From: Planctomycetota bacterium | GTDB taxonomy: Bacteria; Planctomycetota; JBFWNO01 | Assembly (NCBI GenBank): GCA_050251015.1 | Contig: JBFWNO010000001.1 | Location: 80,645 to 144,644, forward strand | DNA: 64,000 nucleotides | Direction: 5' to 3' | Shown: positions 51,123 through 59,482 of the stretch, one piece after another | Numbering within the stretch: the stretch's first letter is position 1 | Layout: each line of letters begins with the position of its first letter | Translations under genes and position numbers: made by a program | The notes under the pieces: model-generated | The model's database searches: none | Seen by the model: the letters and a program-made list of their open reading frames with translations, nothing else | Told to the model about the DNA's origin: nothing

Positions 51123-52117
51123 GGCGCTTTTCCGCAAGACAGGGCGGACAACACATTCCAAAACCTGCCCCTGTTCCCTGGACTAAGAATTTCCAGGGCC
51201 CTTTCCCTGGCGATGCGACCGCGCTTGACGGCCTCAGATGGATAGGCCAGCATAGATTCGAGCGCATGGGTCCAGGCTCCCACATCATGAGGAGGCAGGA
51301 TCTGGTCGGGCGGGAGGATGTCGCCCTCGCCCCCGCACCGGCTGGCCATCACGGGACGGCCCAACAGGCAGGCTTCCGCCACCGTTCGACGGAACCCCTC
51401 AGCCTTTTCCGAGAGGTCGATGATCACGCGGCATTGTTTCATCAGATCCAGGGGATTCTCGACATGTCCAAGAAACTCAATCCTTCCACCCAAGCCCAAT
51501 TGTTGGGCCATTGATTCCAGGGCAGGTTGGGTTGACGTCTGGTCGGGAAGACTGCCCCCCACAATCTTCAGCTTCCAGGGAGCCTTCACCCCAGCTAGAG
51601 CGCGCAGGGCTACGTCATGGCCCTTGCCCGGCTTGAGCAAGCTGAAGATCCCCACCACGTTGTCGTCGGGCATGGGATGGTAGCCGGGATCATCCATGGG
51701 ATGACGTACCACCACCTTTGGAACGCGCGTCGAAAGCAGGCGGCTGTGCACATCCGACAGCAGGATCAGGGCATCAAGGGCCCCCTGTAGACAGCGTTCG
51801 ATCCTGCGCAAGGGTCTCACAGAACGCATGTGGGAAGCAACGGGAATCCCTTCCCAGGCGGCCGCTAGCAGGACCGCCCAGGCCTCGATGGGGGCGTTGT
51901 TGATGTGCAAGACATCGATGTTGTTGCGTTGGATCAGCCTCCAGATAGCCAGGGGATTCTGGGTGGATTGGTTGAACTCCGAGCTGGAGCCGTCCTTCCA
52001 AGTCCTTTCCAGAGCCAACGTGATGGACCTCACCCCGGAAGGGGCGGGCAGGAGTTGGCGAAGGCTCTTGAGCGAACCGCCCAGGCCGGTTGAATTCTCG
52101 ACGTGCAGGACCTTCAT
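51119..52117 (-). CDS. glycosyltransferase family 4-like
   Basis: MKVLHVENSTGLGGS...EGFRRTVAEACLLGRPVMAS. ATGA overlap. Confidence 0.75.
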   Translation of the reverse strand: MKVLHVENSTGLGGSLKSLRQLLPAPSGVRSITLALERTWKDGSSSEFNQSTQNPLAIWRLIQRNNIDVLHINNAPIEAWAVLLAAAWEGIPVASHMRSVRPLRRIERCLQGALDALILLSDVHSRLLSTRVPKVVVRHPMDDPGYHPMPDDNVVGIFSLLKPGKGHDVALRALAGVKAPWKLKIVGGSLPDQTSTQPALESMAQQLGLGGRIEFLGHVENPLDLMKQCRVIIDLSEKAEGFRRTVAEACLLGRPVMASRCGGEGDILPPDQILPPHDVGAWTHALESMLAYPSEAVKRGRIARERALEILSPGNRGRFWNVLSALSCGKAP

Positions 52118-52794
52118 CTCCCTCCACCCAACGACAGGGAAAGAGTGACTTTGAACATGTAGAACACACTGTCGAGCGTGTTGATGGAGCTTTTCCCCCC
52201 CTCCCTCCTGGACATGGATACTGCCATTTCCCGGACTGGCAGACGTCTCCGGGCCAGGAGCAGATGCGCCTCGACCTCCGGATAATCCAAGGGATAACGG
52301 CGGGCAAAGAGGGCGATGGCCCTCCTGTCGCAGATCCTGAACCCACTGCTGGGATCCGTCACCCCAGGGCATCCCAGGAGAGCCAGAAGCAGGGAAAAGT
52401 AGCGGGAGCCCAGGCGACGCGGCACACTGCTCTTGTAGCCGCTATCAACAAGGTAACGCGAACCCACCACACAGGCCTGGCCCTCGAGGGCATTGACCAT
52501 CCTGTCGATCGCAGACGCCGGATGTTGGCCGTCGGCATCGAATTGCAGGGCCCAATCGTAGTCCTCTCGGGCGGCAAGGATGTATCCCGTCTGCACGGCC
52601 GCACCAATCCCCAGGTTGAAGGGCAACGAAACCACCCTGGCCCCGGCGGCCCTGGCCAGCCTGGCCGTGGCATCCTTCGATCCGTCATCCACCACCAGCA
52701 CATCACTGCCAGCGGGCCTTGATTGCAACCTCGCCAAGGTCGAGGTGATGGAGGCCTCCTCATTGAAGGCGGGGACGATGATCAGTCCGCGCAC
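52114..52794 (-). CDS. glycosyltransferase family 2 (polyprenyl-phosphate sugar synthase-like)
   Basis: IIVPAFNEEASI...VLVVDDGSKDAT...QFDADGQH...DPSSGFR. GTG 52794 start. Confidence 0.8.
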   Translation of the reverse strand: MRGLIIVPAFNEEASITSTLARLQSRPAGSDVLVVDDGSKDATARLARAAGARVVSLPFNLGIGAAVQTGYILAAREDYDWALQFDADGQHPASAIDRMVNALEGQACVVGSRYLVDSGYKSSVPRRLGSRYFSLLLALLGCPGVTDPSSGFRICDRRAIALFARRYPLDYPEVEAHLLLARRRLPVREMAVSMSRREGGKSSINTLDSVFYMFKVTLSLSLGGGR

Positions 52795-53144
52795 GGGGGA
52801 ACCGCTTTCCCCTGGCGGAGGGCCTGCTCCTGGGCCAGTCGGGTGACCTGCCTGCTCAGGCGTGTCACGGCCACCGCCAGGTGCAGGGTGACAAGGGACA
52901 GGGCGAAGACCAGCATGAACAGGATCAGCGTGGGGGAATAGCCGATCCCCAGGGCCCCTGCCAGGCGGTCCATGGCACCAGGCCATACGATGAACGTGGT
53001 GCAGGTGGCCCAGCCTCCGAACCACACCAAGGCGTAGGACGCCTTGAGCCACCCCTGACGCACCAAGGCCGCCAGGAGCAGGAAGGTGGCCATCGAGAGA
53101 AGACCCGCCCAACCCTGGACACGGCCCTTGTCGGCCACGGCCAT
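52782..53144 (-). CDS. DUF2304 family small membrane protein
   Basis: Two or three TM segments followed by the C-terminal helix LHLAVAVTRLSRQVTRLAQEQALRQ. Alternative starts at 53180 and 53183. Confidence 0.65.
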   Translation of the reverse strand: MAVADKGRVQGWAGLLSMATFLLLAALVRQGWLKASYALVWFGGWATCTTFIVWPGAMDRLAGALGIGYSPTLILFMLVFALSLVTLHLAVAVTRLSRQVTRLAQEQALRQGKAVPPCAD

Positions 53145-53154
53145 CAGGAAGGCT

Positions 53155-53928
53155 TCATCCAAGGATGGAATAGCCTCCATCAACCACCAAGGTGTGCCCG
53201 TGAATCATGGTCGCCAGGGATGAGCACATGAACAGGGCGGTGTCGGCCACATCATCAGGATCGACAAGCCTTCCTGCCGGGGTGACACTGGCGCAGTGGC
53301 CCAGCATTTCTTCGCGGTTGGGGAAATGCTTGAGGGCATCGGTGTCAACCACGCCACTTGAAATGGCATTGACCCGCACACCGCGGGGAGCCAATTCCAT
53401 GGCCAGGTGCCTGACAAGACTTTCGAGGGCTGCCTTGGAAGCCCCCACCGCGGCATAATTCTTGATGGCTCGCACGGCCCCCAGTGAGGAAATGGCCAGG
53501 ATCACGCCCTCGTTCTTGGGGAAAAACTTCAGGGCTTCTCTCGAGAGAGGAATCAAAGCCCCGGCATTGATGTCCATTGTCCAGTTCCAGTGCTTGCGGG
53601 TCAGGTCGGTGGCCGGCCTGAGGACGCCGGAAGCGGCGTTGCTCACAAGAATGTCGAGGCGGCCATATTCCTTGCCGATCAGATCGAAGATCCTCACCAA
53701 ATGATCCTCGTCGGCGACATTCGCCTTCACGATGTGCCCAGAGCTGCCGGCCTTCTTGACCAGGGCCAGCGTCTCCTCAGCGCTCTCGGCATCTCGGAAA
53801 TAATTGATCACGATCTTGGCCCCCGATTCGGCAAGACGGCAGGCCACGGCCCTGCCAATGCCCCGGCTTCCTCCTGTGATCAGGGCCACCTTCCCCTTGA
53901 GATTGATGTTCGTGTCTTTAGATTTCAT
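53155..53928 (-). CDS. fabL: SDR enoyl-[ACP] reductase FabL-like
   Basis: ALITGGSRGIGRA...IVINY...VSNAASGVLRP...HWNWTMDINAGAL...SSLG...NY..VG.SKAALE...DTDALKHFPNREE...TPAGR is collinear with Bacillus FabL as I recall it. Confidence 0.7.
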   Translation of the reverse strand: MKSKDTNINLKGKVALITGGSRGIGRAVACRLAESGAKIVINYFRDAESAEETLALVKKAGSSGHIVKANVADEDHLVRIFDLIGKEYGRLDILVSNAASGVLRPATDLTRKHWNWTMDINAGALIPLSREALKFFPKNEGVILAISSLGAVRAIKNYAAVGASKAALESLVRHLAMELAPRGVRVNAISSGVVDTDALKHFPNREEMLGHCASVTPAGRLVDPDDVADTALFMCSSLATMIHGHTLVVDGGYSILG

Positions 53929-53949
53929 GGGTTCCTTTCAGCAAACCAA

Positions 53950-55251
53950 CTACGATGGCCTGCGAATTTCCAACACAAAGTCGCCGCGAGCCTGGACATC
54001 GTCCCAGATCTCCATGCCCGCGTTGTCCTCGAGATCCGGTCCGACGCACCAGAGGACAAGCCTGTCTCCATCGATCCTGAATCCGTAGTCCCCTCCTGTG
54101 AAGGGATCCGTGAGTTGGCCTGGAACCGTCACCGTCCGTCCCTTGCCGCAGGTTTGCTGGCAAAGGATCGTGTTGTCTTTGAGTTCCTTGAAACTGGTGG
54201 GCCATTCCTTGCGGTTGAACCTCACAAAGACTAGGGTCTGGGCATGCAATTGCATCAACTCCAGACGCATGCGCATCCAAGCGTCGATGAGCTGAAATTG
54301 GAGACCCGTGGGATAGCCCTTGCCGAGGCCAAAATATTCTTCGCAGAATTCGGCGGATCCCTTCCACTTGGCCGAGAAGGCTGACCACGAACGGTCATGC
54401 AACAACTCGTGGAGAGGCCTCTCCATCAAAGACCTCTGGGAATCCAGGATCTCCCGGCCCTTTGACAACAGGCTGGGATAAGACGGCTGGCTCATGCGAT
54501 CCGCCATCGAATCCTCGGGGTTGGGAGCCAACCACTGCAGGGTCCTCAGATCGAGGTACCTCGCCATCCGTCCGTGGGCCAGAGAAGGTTTTGCCAGGGT
54601 CGCAGCCGACCAGGACAACTCAACAATGCACTCCTGGAGGACCCTTTCGCTCATCTTCGGAGCGATCCTGTTGAAGAGGTGGTAGGCCCTCTGCTGGATG
54701 AGATGGGCCAGCTTGGCATCGTTGAGCAGGCCGTCAGAGGCCAGGATGGTGGCCAACCTCAGGGCCTGCAGGCATCTCCGGGCCGACTGCTCGAGACGGC
54801 CTTGGACTTCTTCATTGGCGGCGTCGACCAAAAGCAGATAACTGAGTTTCATCAGACCGTCGGGTCGTTCGGGATCATCAAGGTCATCGGCCCTCAAGGC
54901 ATAGCCTTTGGACAGGACGGCTTTTTCAAGACCCTCCAGGGCATCCCTGTTCTGTTCCAGCCATTGGATGAAGTGTTCCTTGCGCTTGGGGAATCCCTGG
55001 AGGCAGATTTGGTCTCCAGCGTTGAGGTGATCGGGAAAGGGTGTCACCTTTTCCGCCAGGGCCTTCAAGCGCAGGGCGGCGTTGTCAACGGCGGGGAGGC
55101 TGTTCATCGGCAGCTGGGCTTCCCGAATCGCCTTGATCATGGCTTCTTCGCTGTACCCGGAATCGAGGCAACCCGCCAAAAAGAGGACGAGCAGTGCGGG
55201 GGTAAGCCGGCGACGGAGGACGGAGTTTCTCGTGTTAAGATGATTCGTCAT
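53950..55251 (-). CDS. lipoprotein, unknown function (helical; pseudopilin-like C-terminal motif)
   Basis: MTNHLNTRNSVLRRRLTPALLVLFLAGC lipobox. The C-terminus reads DPFTGGDYGFRIDGDRLVLWCVGPDLEDNAG. Confidence 0.65.
   Translation of the reverse strand: MTNHLNTRNSVLRRRLTPALLVLFLAGCLDSGYSEEAMIKAIREAQLPMNSLPAVDNAALRLKALAEKVTPFPDHLNAGDQICLQGFPKRKEHFIQWLEQNRDALEGLEKAVLSKGYALRADDLDDPERPDGLMKLSYLLLVDAANEEVQGRLEQSARRCLQALRLATILASDGLLNDAKLAHLIQQRAYHLFNRIAPKMSERVLQECIVELSWSAATLAKPSLAHGRMARYLDLRTLQWLAPNPEDSMADRMSQPSYPSLLSKGREILDSQRSLMERPLHELLHDRSWSAFSAKWKGSAEFCEEYFGLGKGYPTGLQFQLIDAWMRMRLELMQLHAQTLVFVRFNRKEWPTSFKELKDNTILCQQTCGKGRTVTVPGQLTDPFTGGDYGFRIDGDRLVLWCVGPDLEDNAGMEIWDDVQARGDFVLEIRRPS
55233..55241 (+). 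promoter_or_regulatory. extended -10 (TGTTAAGAT), 8 nt upstream of ATG 55250
   Basis: TGT-TAAGAT-GATTCGTC-ATG. It lies inside the divergent lipoprotein gene. Confidence 0.4.
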
Positions 55252-55873
55252 GAACCCCATGTCCGCATTCCGCCGTTTTGCCGCCATTTTTGCTGGAATT
55301 TTCCTCATTGTATCCTGTGGTGGCACCATCGATGCGAGAGTCGATTGCGACGACAAAACGCTCGTGATCCTGCCCTGTGCCGTGGAGGCCGAGGGTCAGT
55401 CGATGAACCATTTCAACTCCAAGATCGGGGATCGCATCGCCACTTTGGCATCCGGAATGGTTTCCTCCCATGAGGAAGACGCCAAGGTCTTGGAGCCCCA
55501 GGCCTTCAAGAAGGCCTTCAAGTCGGGTGTGCCGACACCATCCAAGATCGAAAAGATCTGCGGTGAACAGGGTGTCGATCTGGTTGTGATCAGCACCCTG
55601 ACCCAATGGAGGCTCAGGGACCCTAGGAATCCAGGATTGAATCAGGGGGAAGCGGGCCTGAATGTCTCTGTTGTCGACTCCAAGGGGCAGAATGTGTACA
55701 AGGGCCAGTTGATGGGCATCCAATTTCCCCTTGGTCTCAGTGAAGATCCCAATTTTGCGGTTCCCGGGCAAAGTTCATTGACCCTCACAGAGGAACAAGT
55801 CCGCAAGGGCTTGGAACAGTCCGTCGCCCGCGCCCTTGCGGAGTTGTTTTACGATCATGAGGCCCCAAAGTGA
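55250..55873 (+). CDS. lipoprotein, unknown function
   Basis: MNPMSAFRRFAAIFAGIFLIVSC lipobox; 207 aa. Confidence 0.7.
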   Translation: MNPMSAFRRFAAIFAGIFLIVSCGGTIDARVDCDDKTLVILPCAVEAEGQSMNHFNSKIGDRIATLASGMVSSHEEDAKVLEPQAFKKAFKSGVPTPSKIEKICGEQGVDLVVISTLTQWRLRDPRNPGLNQGEAGLNVSVVDSKGQNVYKGQLMGIQFPLGLSEDPNFAVPGQSSLTLTEEQVRKGLEQSVARALAELFYDHEAPK

Positions 55874-57177
55874 ACCTCCAGGACATTCGCAACAAATCCA
55901 TCACCATCGGCGTGATCGGCCTCGGGTATGTGGGGTTGCCCCTGATTCGCGAGTTCAACAAGGCGGGTTTCCGCATTGTGGGCTTCGACATCGACAAGAA
56001 AAAAGTGGCCTCGCTTAATGCGGGCCGGAGCTACATCGGTCACATCCCCCACGCGCTGATTCAATCGTTCCGGAAGGGTGGACGCTTCAGGGCTACGGCG
56101 GATTTTTCCGAGCTGCGCAAGGCCGATGCCATCATCATTTGCGTACCCACACCCCTGGACACACACCGGAACCCCGACCTTTCGGCGGTGGTGGGGACAG
56201 CCGAGACCATCTGCCGCTACCTTCGGAAAGGGCAGCTGGTCGTCCTTGAATCGACGACCTACCCAGGCACCACCGATGAGGAGTTGCGCTCGCGAATGGA
56301 AGCAGCGGGCTTCAAGGTCGGTCGCGATGTCTTCCTCGCCTTCTCTCCTGAGCGGGAGGATCCTGGAAACCCGAAATTCACCACCTCCACGATCCCGAAG
56401 GTGGTGGGAGCCGATGATCCCAAGTCCCTGGCCCTGGCTAAGGCCCTCTATGAAAACGTGGTGGTGAAAGTCCATCCCGTCTCGTCTACCAGGGCTGCGG
56501 AAGCCACAAAGATTCTCGAGAACATCTATCGCTGCATCAACATTGCGGCCATCAACGAACTCAAGATTATCTTCCACGCCATGGGAATCGACATCTGGGA
56601 GGTCATCGAGGCCGCGGCCACCAAACCATTCGGTTTCCAAAAATTCACGCCCGGCCCGGGACTCGGCGGTCACTGCATCCCCATCGACCCTTTCTACCTG
56701 AGTTGGAAGGCCAAGGAATTCAACCAGACGGCACGGTTCATCGAATTGGCCGGTGAAGTGAACTGCTCCATGCCTCATTGGGTGATCGAAAGGCTGGCCC
56801 AGGCCCTCAGCGAACAGGGCAAGCCCCTAAAAGGCTCGAAGATCCTTGTCTTGGGCATGGCTTACAAACCCGATATCGACGATGACAGGGAAAGCCCCAG
56901 CCGGGAGCTCATCCAGATCCTGATGGAGCGCGGGGCCAAGGTTTCATACCACGATCCCCATGTCCCCCATTTCAAGGGTTCACGCCACTACAGCTTCACT
57001 TTGAGGTCGACCCCCCTCACGGCACGCCGTTTGCAAAGTGTCGATGCGGTGTTGATTTCCACGGATCACACCCGGGTGGATTACGACTTGGTCGTCCGCC
57101 ACGCCAAGCTGGTTGTGGATACAAGGAATGCGACAAAACATGTGCGAAAAAACCGCCAAAAAATCGTCAAATCCTGA
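55870..57177 (+). CDS. nucleotide-sugar dehydrogenase (WbpA/TviB-like UDP-GlcNAc 6-dehydrogenase)
   Basis: IGVIGLGYVGLPL, GGHCIPIDPFYLSWKA. GTGA overlap with the upstream stop. Confidence 0.8.
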   Translation: MNLQDIRNKSITIGVIGLGYVGLPLIREFNKAGFRIVGFDIDKKKVASLNAGRSYIGHIPHALIQSFRKGGRFRATADFSELRKADAIIICVPTPLDTHRNPDLSAVVGTAETICRYLRKGQLVVLESTTYPGTTDEELRSRMEAAGFKVGRDVFLAFSPEREDPGNPKFTTSTIPKVVGADDPKSLALAKALYENVVVKVHPVSSTRAAEATKILENIYRCINIAAINELKIIFHAMGIDIWEVIEAAATKPFGFQKFTPGPGLGGHCIPIDPFYLSWKAKEFNQTARFIELAGEVNCSMPHWVIERLAQALSEQGKPLKGSKILVLGMAYKPDIDDDRESPSRELIQILMERGAKVSYHDPHVPHFKGSRHYSFTLRSTPLTARRLQSVDAVLISTDHTRVDYDLVVRHAKLVVDTRNATKHVRKNRQKIVKS

Positions 57178-57676
57178 GGGCTTCACCCTGATTGAACTGA
57201 TGATCGTGGTGGCCATCATCGCCATCATCAGCGCCATTGGCATCCCTTCGTTGATCCGCTCAAGGATGGCTGCTAATGAAACTTCGGCTGTGGCCAGTCT
57301 GCGGATGCTTGTGACAGCGCAGACGATGTACCACACCACCAACGTGCAGTATGCCGACCGTCTATCCAACCTCTATAACTTTGAGCTGATCGACAGCAGC
57401 ATCCTGGAGGCTGATGGAACAACCGGAACCGCCTCCAGCACAGCAAAAAGCGGTTACTACCTCGCTTCGAACACCAATTACTCCATGAACGGTTTTATGT
57501 TCATGAACGCACCGGCGAACTACAACACGTCAGGAATTTTCACTTATTTTGTGAATGCTGCCGGGGCCCCCTACAAGGTCAACATGGCCAGCGATACAGC
57601 CACCATCATTGATGCCTATGATGATGCTAATGATTGGGATTCCAACGTGGGGAATTGGATGGCGGCGCAAGACTGA
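57140..57676 (+). CDS. type IV pilin-like protein (prepilin N-terminal methylation domain), copy 1
   Basis: Leader MCEKTAKKSSNPEG followed by FTLIELMIVVAIIAIISAIGIP (G-1, F+1, E+5). Overlaps the dehydrogenase 3' end by 38 nt. Roughly 48% GC, estimated from a single hand-counted 60-nt line. Confidence 0.8.
   Translation: MCEKTAKKSSNPEGFTLIELMIVVAIIAIISAIGIPSLIRSRMAANETSAVASLRMLVTAQTMYHTTNVQYADRLSNLYNFELIDSSILEADGTTGTASSTAKSGYYLASNTNYSMNGFMFMNAPANYNTSGIFTYFVNAAGAPYKVNMASDTATIIDAYDDANDWDSNVGNWMAAQD
57194..57237 (+). repeat. 44-nt segment identical to 57881-57924 (pilin N-terminal helix)
   Basis: GAACTGATGATCGTGGTGGCCATCATCGCCATCATCAGCGCCAT occurs in both pilin genes. Confidence 0.9.
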
Positions 57677-57807
57677 GCAATTTTCCATTTGTTAAATAAT
57701 TTTTTTATATTTCTGAAAATTATTTCTTAACAACCCATTTATTTGTTTTTTTATTAAAAAAACCGTCTTTATTCCTTCATTTCACGTTTTTTTGCAGGAA
57801 ATTTGGA

Positions 57808-57823
57808 TGGCATGCCACTTGTA
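57808..57823 (+). promoter_or_regulatory. sigma54-like -24/-12 element upstream of pilin copy 2 (imperfect)
   Basis: TGGCATG-N4-TTGTA versus consensus TGGCACG-N4-TTGCW. GG-N10 spacing is correct but -12 reads GT rather than GC. Lies 28 nt upstream of ATG 57851 and is preceded by a very AT-rich stretch. Confidence 0.3.
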
Positions 57824-57850
57824 TCAGGGATCTGGTGAAAGGTACTTTTC

Positions 57851-58369
57851 ATGAAGAACAACAAAGGTTTCACATTGATCGAACTGATGATCGTGGTGGC
57901 CATCATCGCCATCATCAGCGCCATCGCCATCCCCAGTCTTCTCAAGAGCCGCATGGCCGCCAACGAAACGTCGGCCCAAGCCACTCTGAGGACTCTGAGC
58001 ACGGCCCAAACGATGTATCAGCGCACGCAACAAGCCTACGCTGACAACTACATCTACATGTACAGCACCGCCGACATCACCGACTCGAGCATTGCCAACT
58101 GCAATGCCCCCGCCGGCGTCACCGCGGGTGCCACAGCGAAGAGCGGTTATTTCATGTGCAGCAACACGAACTACACCGGTCAGAGCTTCATGATCATCAA
58201 CGCCCCCGCGAACTACAACTCGTCAGGCGTGTTCACGTTCTTCGTGAACGCTGCTGGCTCGGTCTACAAGGTGAACAACGCGGCTGACGCTGCGGCCACC
58301 TTGGCGGCCTATGACGATGCCAACGATTGGGATTCCAACGTCGGCAGCTGGACCAGCGCCGGCAACTAA
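57851..58369 (+). CDS. type IV pilin-like protein, copy 2
   Basis: Leader MKNNKG followed by FTLIELMIVVAIIAIISAIAIPSLL. Collinear paralogue of copy 1 over the whole length. Confidence 0.85.
   Translation: MKNNKGFTLIELMIVVAIIAIISAIAIPSLLKSRMAANETSAQATLRTLSTAQTMYQRTQQAYADNYIYMYSTADITDSSIANCNAPAGVTAGATAKSGYFMCSNTNYTGQSFMIINAPANYNSSGVFTFFVNAAGSVYKVNNAADAAATLAAYDDANDWDSNVGSWTSAGN
57881..57924 (+). repeat. 44-nt segment identical to 57194-57237
   Basis: See the partner repeat. Confidence 0.9.
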
Positions 58370-58395
58370 GCCTTACGGCTTGATTGTCTGATCAC

Positions 58396-58425
58396 GGCCC
58401 CCGTCGAAAGACGGGGGCCTTTTTT
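58396..58425 (+). terminator. rho-independent terminator
   Basis: GGCCCCCGTC-GAAA-GACGGGGGCC followed by TTTTTT. It abuts the stop of the convergent gene. Confidence 0.8.
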
Positions 58426-59482
58426 ATGCCGCAGGATTCCAGAGCGAATCACGCTTGAGGGGCCTGAAGCCGGCGGACTCGATATGGGTGCGAAGGGCCT
58501 CTTCCGTCATCATCGGGTGTAGGGCCCCGCTCTGGGAAACCACATTTTCCTCCATCATCGTAGATCCGATGGAGTCGGCACCGGAGCGAAGGGCCAGTTG
58601 GGCCACCTCCGGTCCCATCGTCGGCCACGAGGCCTGGATATGGTCGACATTGTCGAGGAAGAGCCGAGAGATCGCCAACGTTCTCAGGTAATCCCCGACA
58701 GGGACGGGCTCCCTCCTTTTGAGCATACGGCCCAGGGGATTGTCCAGGAGCATGGGCCACATGATGAAGGCGCTGAAGCCCTTTCGACCCAGCGACAGGG
58801 CCCTGTCTTGCTGGCGCCTCAATCGGTCCAGGTGTTCGAGTCGATTCTCCCAGGTCTCATCCACACCAATCACCATGGATGCCGAGGTGGACAATCCAAG
58901 GGATTGGGCCTCATCCATAATGCCCAGCCACCTGTCGGCACTGATCTTCTTCCTGGAAATACGCGATCGGATGCTGTCGACAAGAAGTTCGGCGCCACCG
59001 CCTGGAAGATAGGCCAAGCCCGATTTCTGCAGTTGGGCCAGGACCTCAAGACTTGACATCGACTCAAGGGTCGAAAGATGGTCAATCTCTGAAGGTGAAA
59101 GCGCATCGATCTGGATCGATGGGAATTCCTTCCTCATCCAGGAAAACAGCTCTTCGTACCAAGAGAGCCGCAACGAGGGATTGTGCCCTCCCTGCAACAG
59201 CACCCTGGACCCGCCAACCGCTTCCAGCTCACGGAGCTTTGAGGTGAGCGTCTGCCGCGAGAGAACGTAACCATCCGTCGAGCCGGGCCTGACAAAGAAA
59301 CCGCAGAACAGGCAGTCTGTGATGCAGATGTTGGAGTAGTTGATGTTGCGATCAACTAGGTAGGTGGCCACAGCGGGATCATTGTGCATGCAGCGAATGG
59401 CATGAGCGCGTGACATCAGCGAAAAATCGTCGCTGCTGCGAGCCAGTTCCAGGGCCTCCTGGAAACTCAACCTCGGGATCAC
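58424..59482 (-). CDS. MqnC/MqnE-family radical SAM enzyme (futalosine menaquinone pathway)
   Basis: NINYSNICITDCLFCGF (CxxxCxxC), LLQGGHNP, GGGAE. GTG 59482 forms a GTGA overlap with the upstream small ORF. The ORF-track start at 59620 is probably an over-extension. Confidence 0.75.
   Translation of the reverse strand: MIPRLSFQEALELARSSDDFSLMSRAHAIRCMHNDPAVATYLVDRNINYSNICITDCLFCGFFVRPGSTDGYVLSRQTLTSKLRELEAVGGSRVLLQGGHNPSLRLSWYEELFSWMRKEFPSIQIDALSPSEIDHLSTLESMSSLEVLAQLQKSGLAYLPGGGAELLVDSIRSRISRKKISADRWLGIMDEAQSLGLSTSASMVIGVDETWENRLEHLDRLRRQQDRALSLGRKGFSAFIMWPMLLDNPLGRMLKRREPVPVGDYLRTLAISRLFLDNVDHIQASWPTMGPEVAQLALRSGADSIGSTMMEENVVSQSGALHPMMTEEALRTHIESAGFRPLKRDSLWNPAA

Noticed and set aside
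57769-58033. Minus-strand ORFs (57769-58002 and 57824-58033) overlapping pilin copy 2
   Set aside because: They are antisense shadows of the hydrophobic pilin N-terminal helix, and the pilin frame has the diagnostic G/FTLIE motif.
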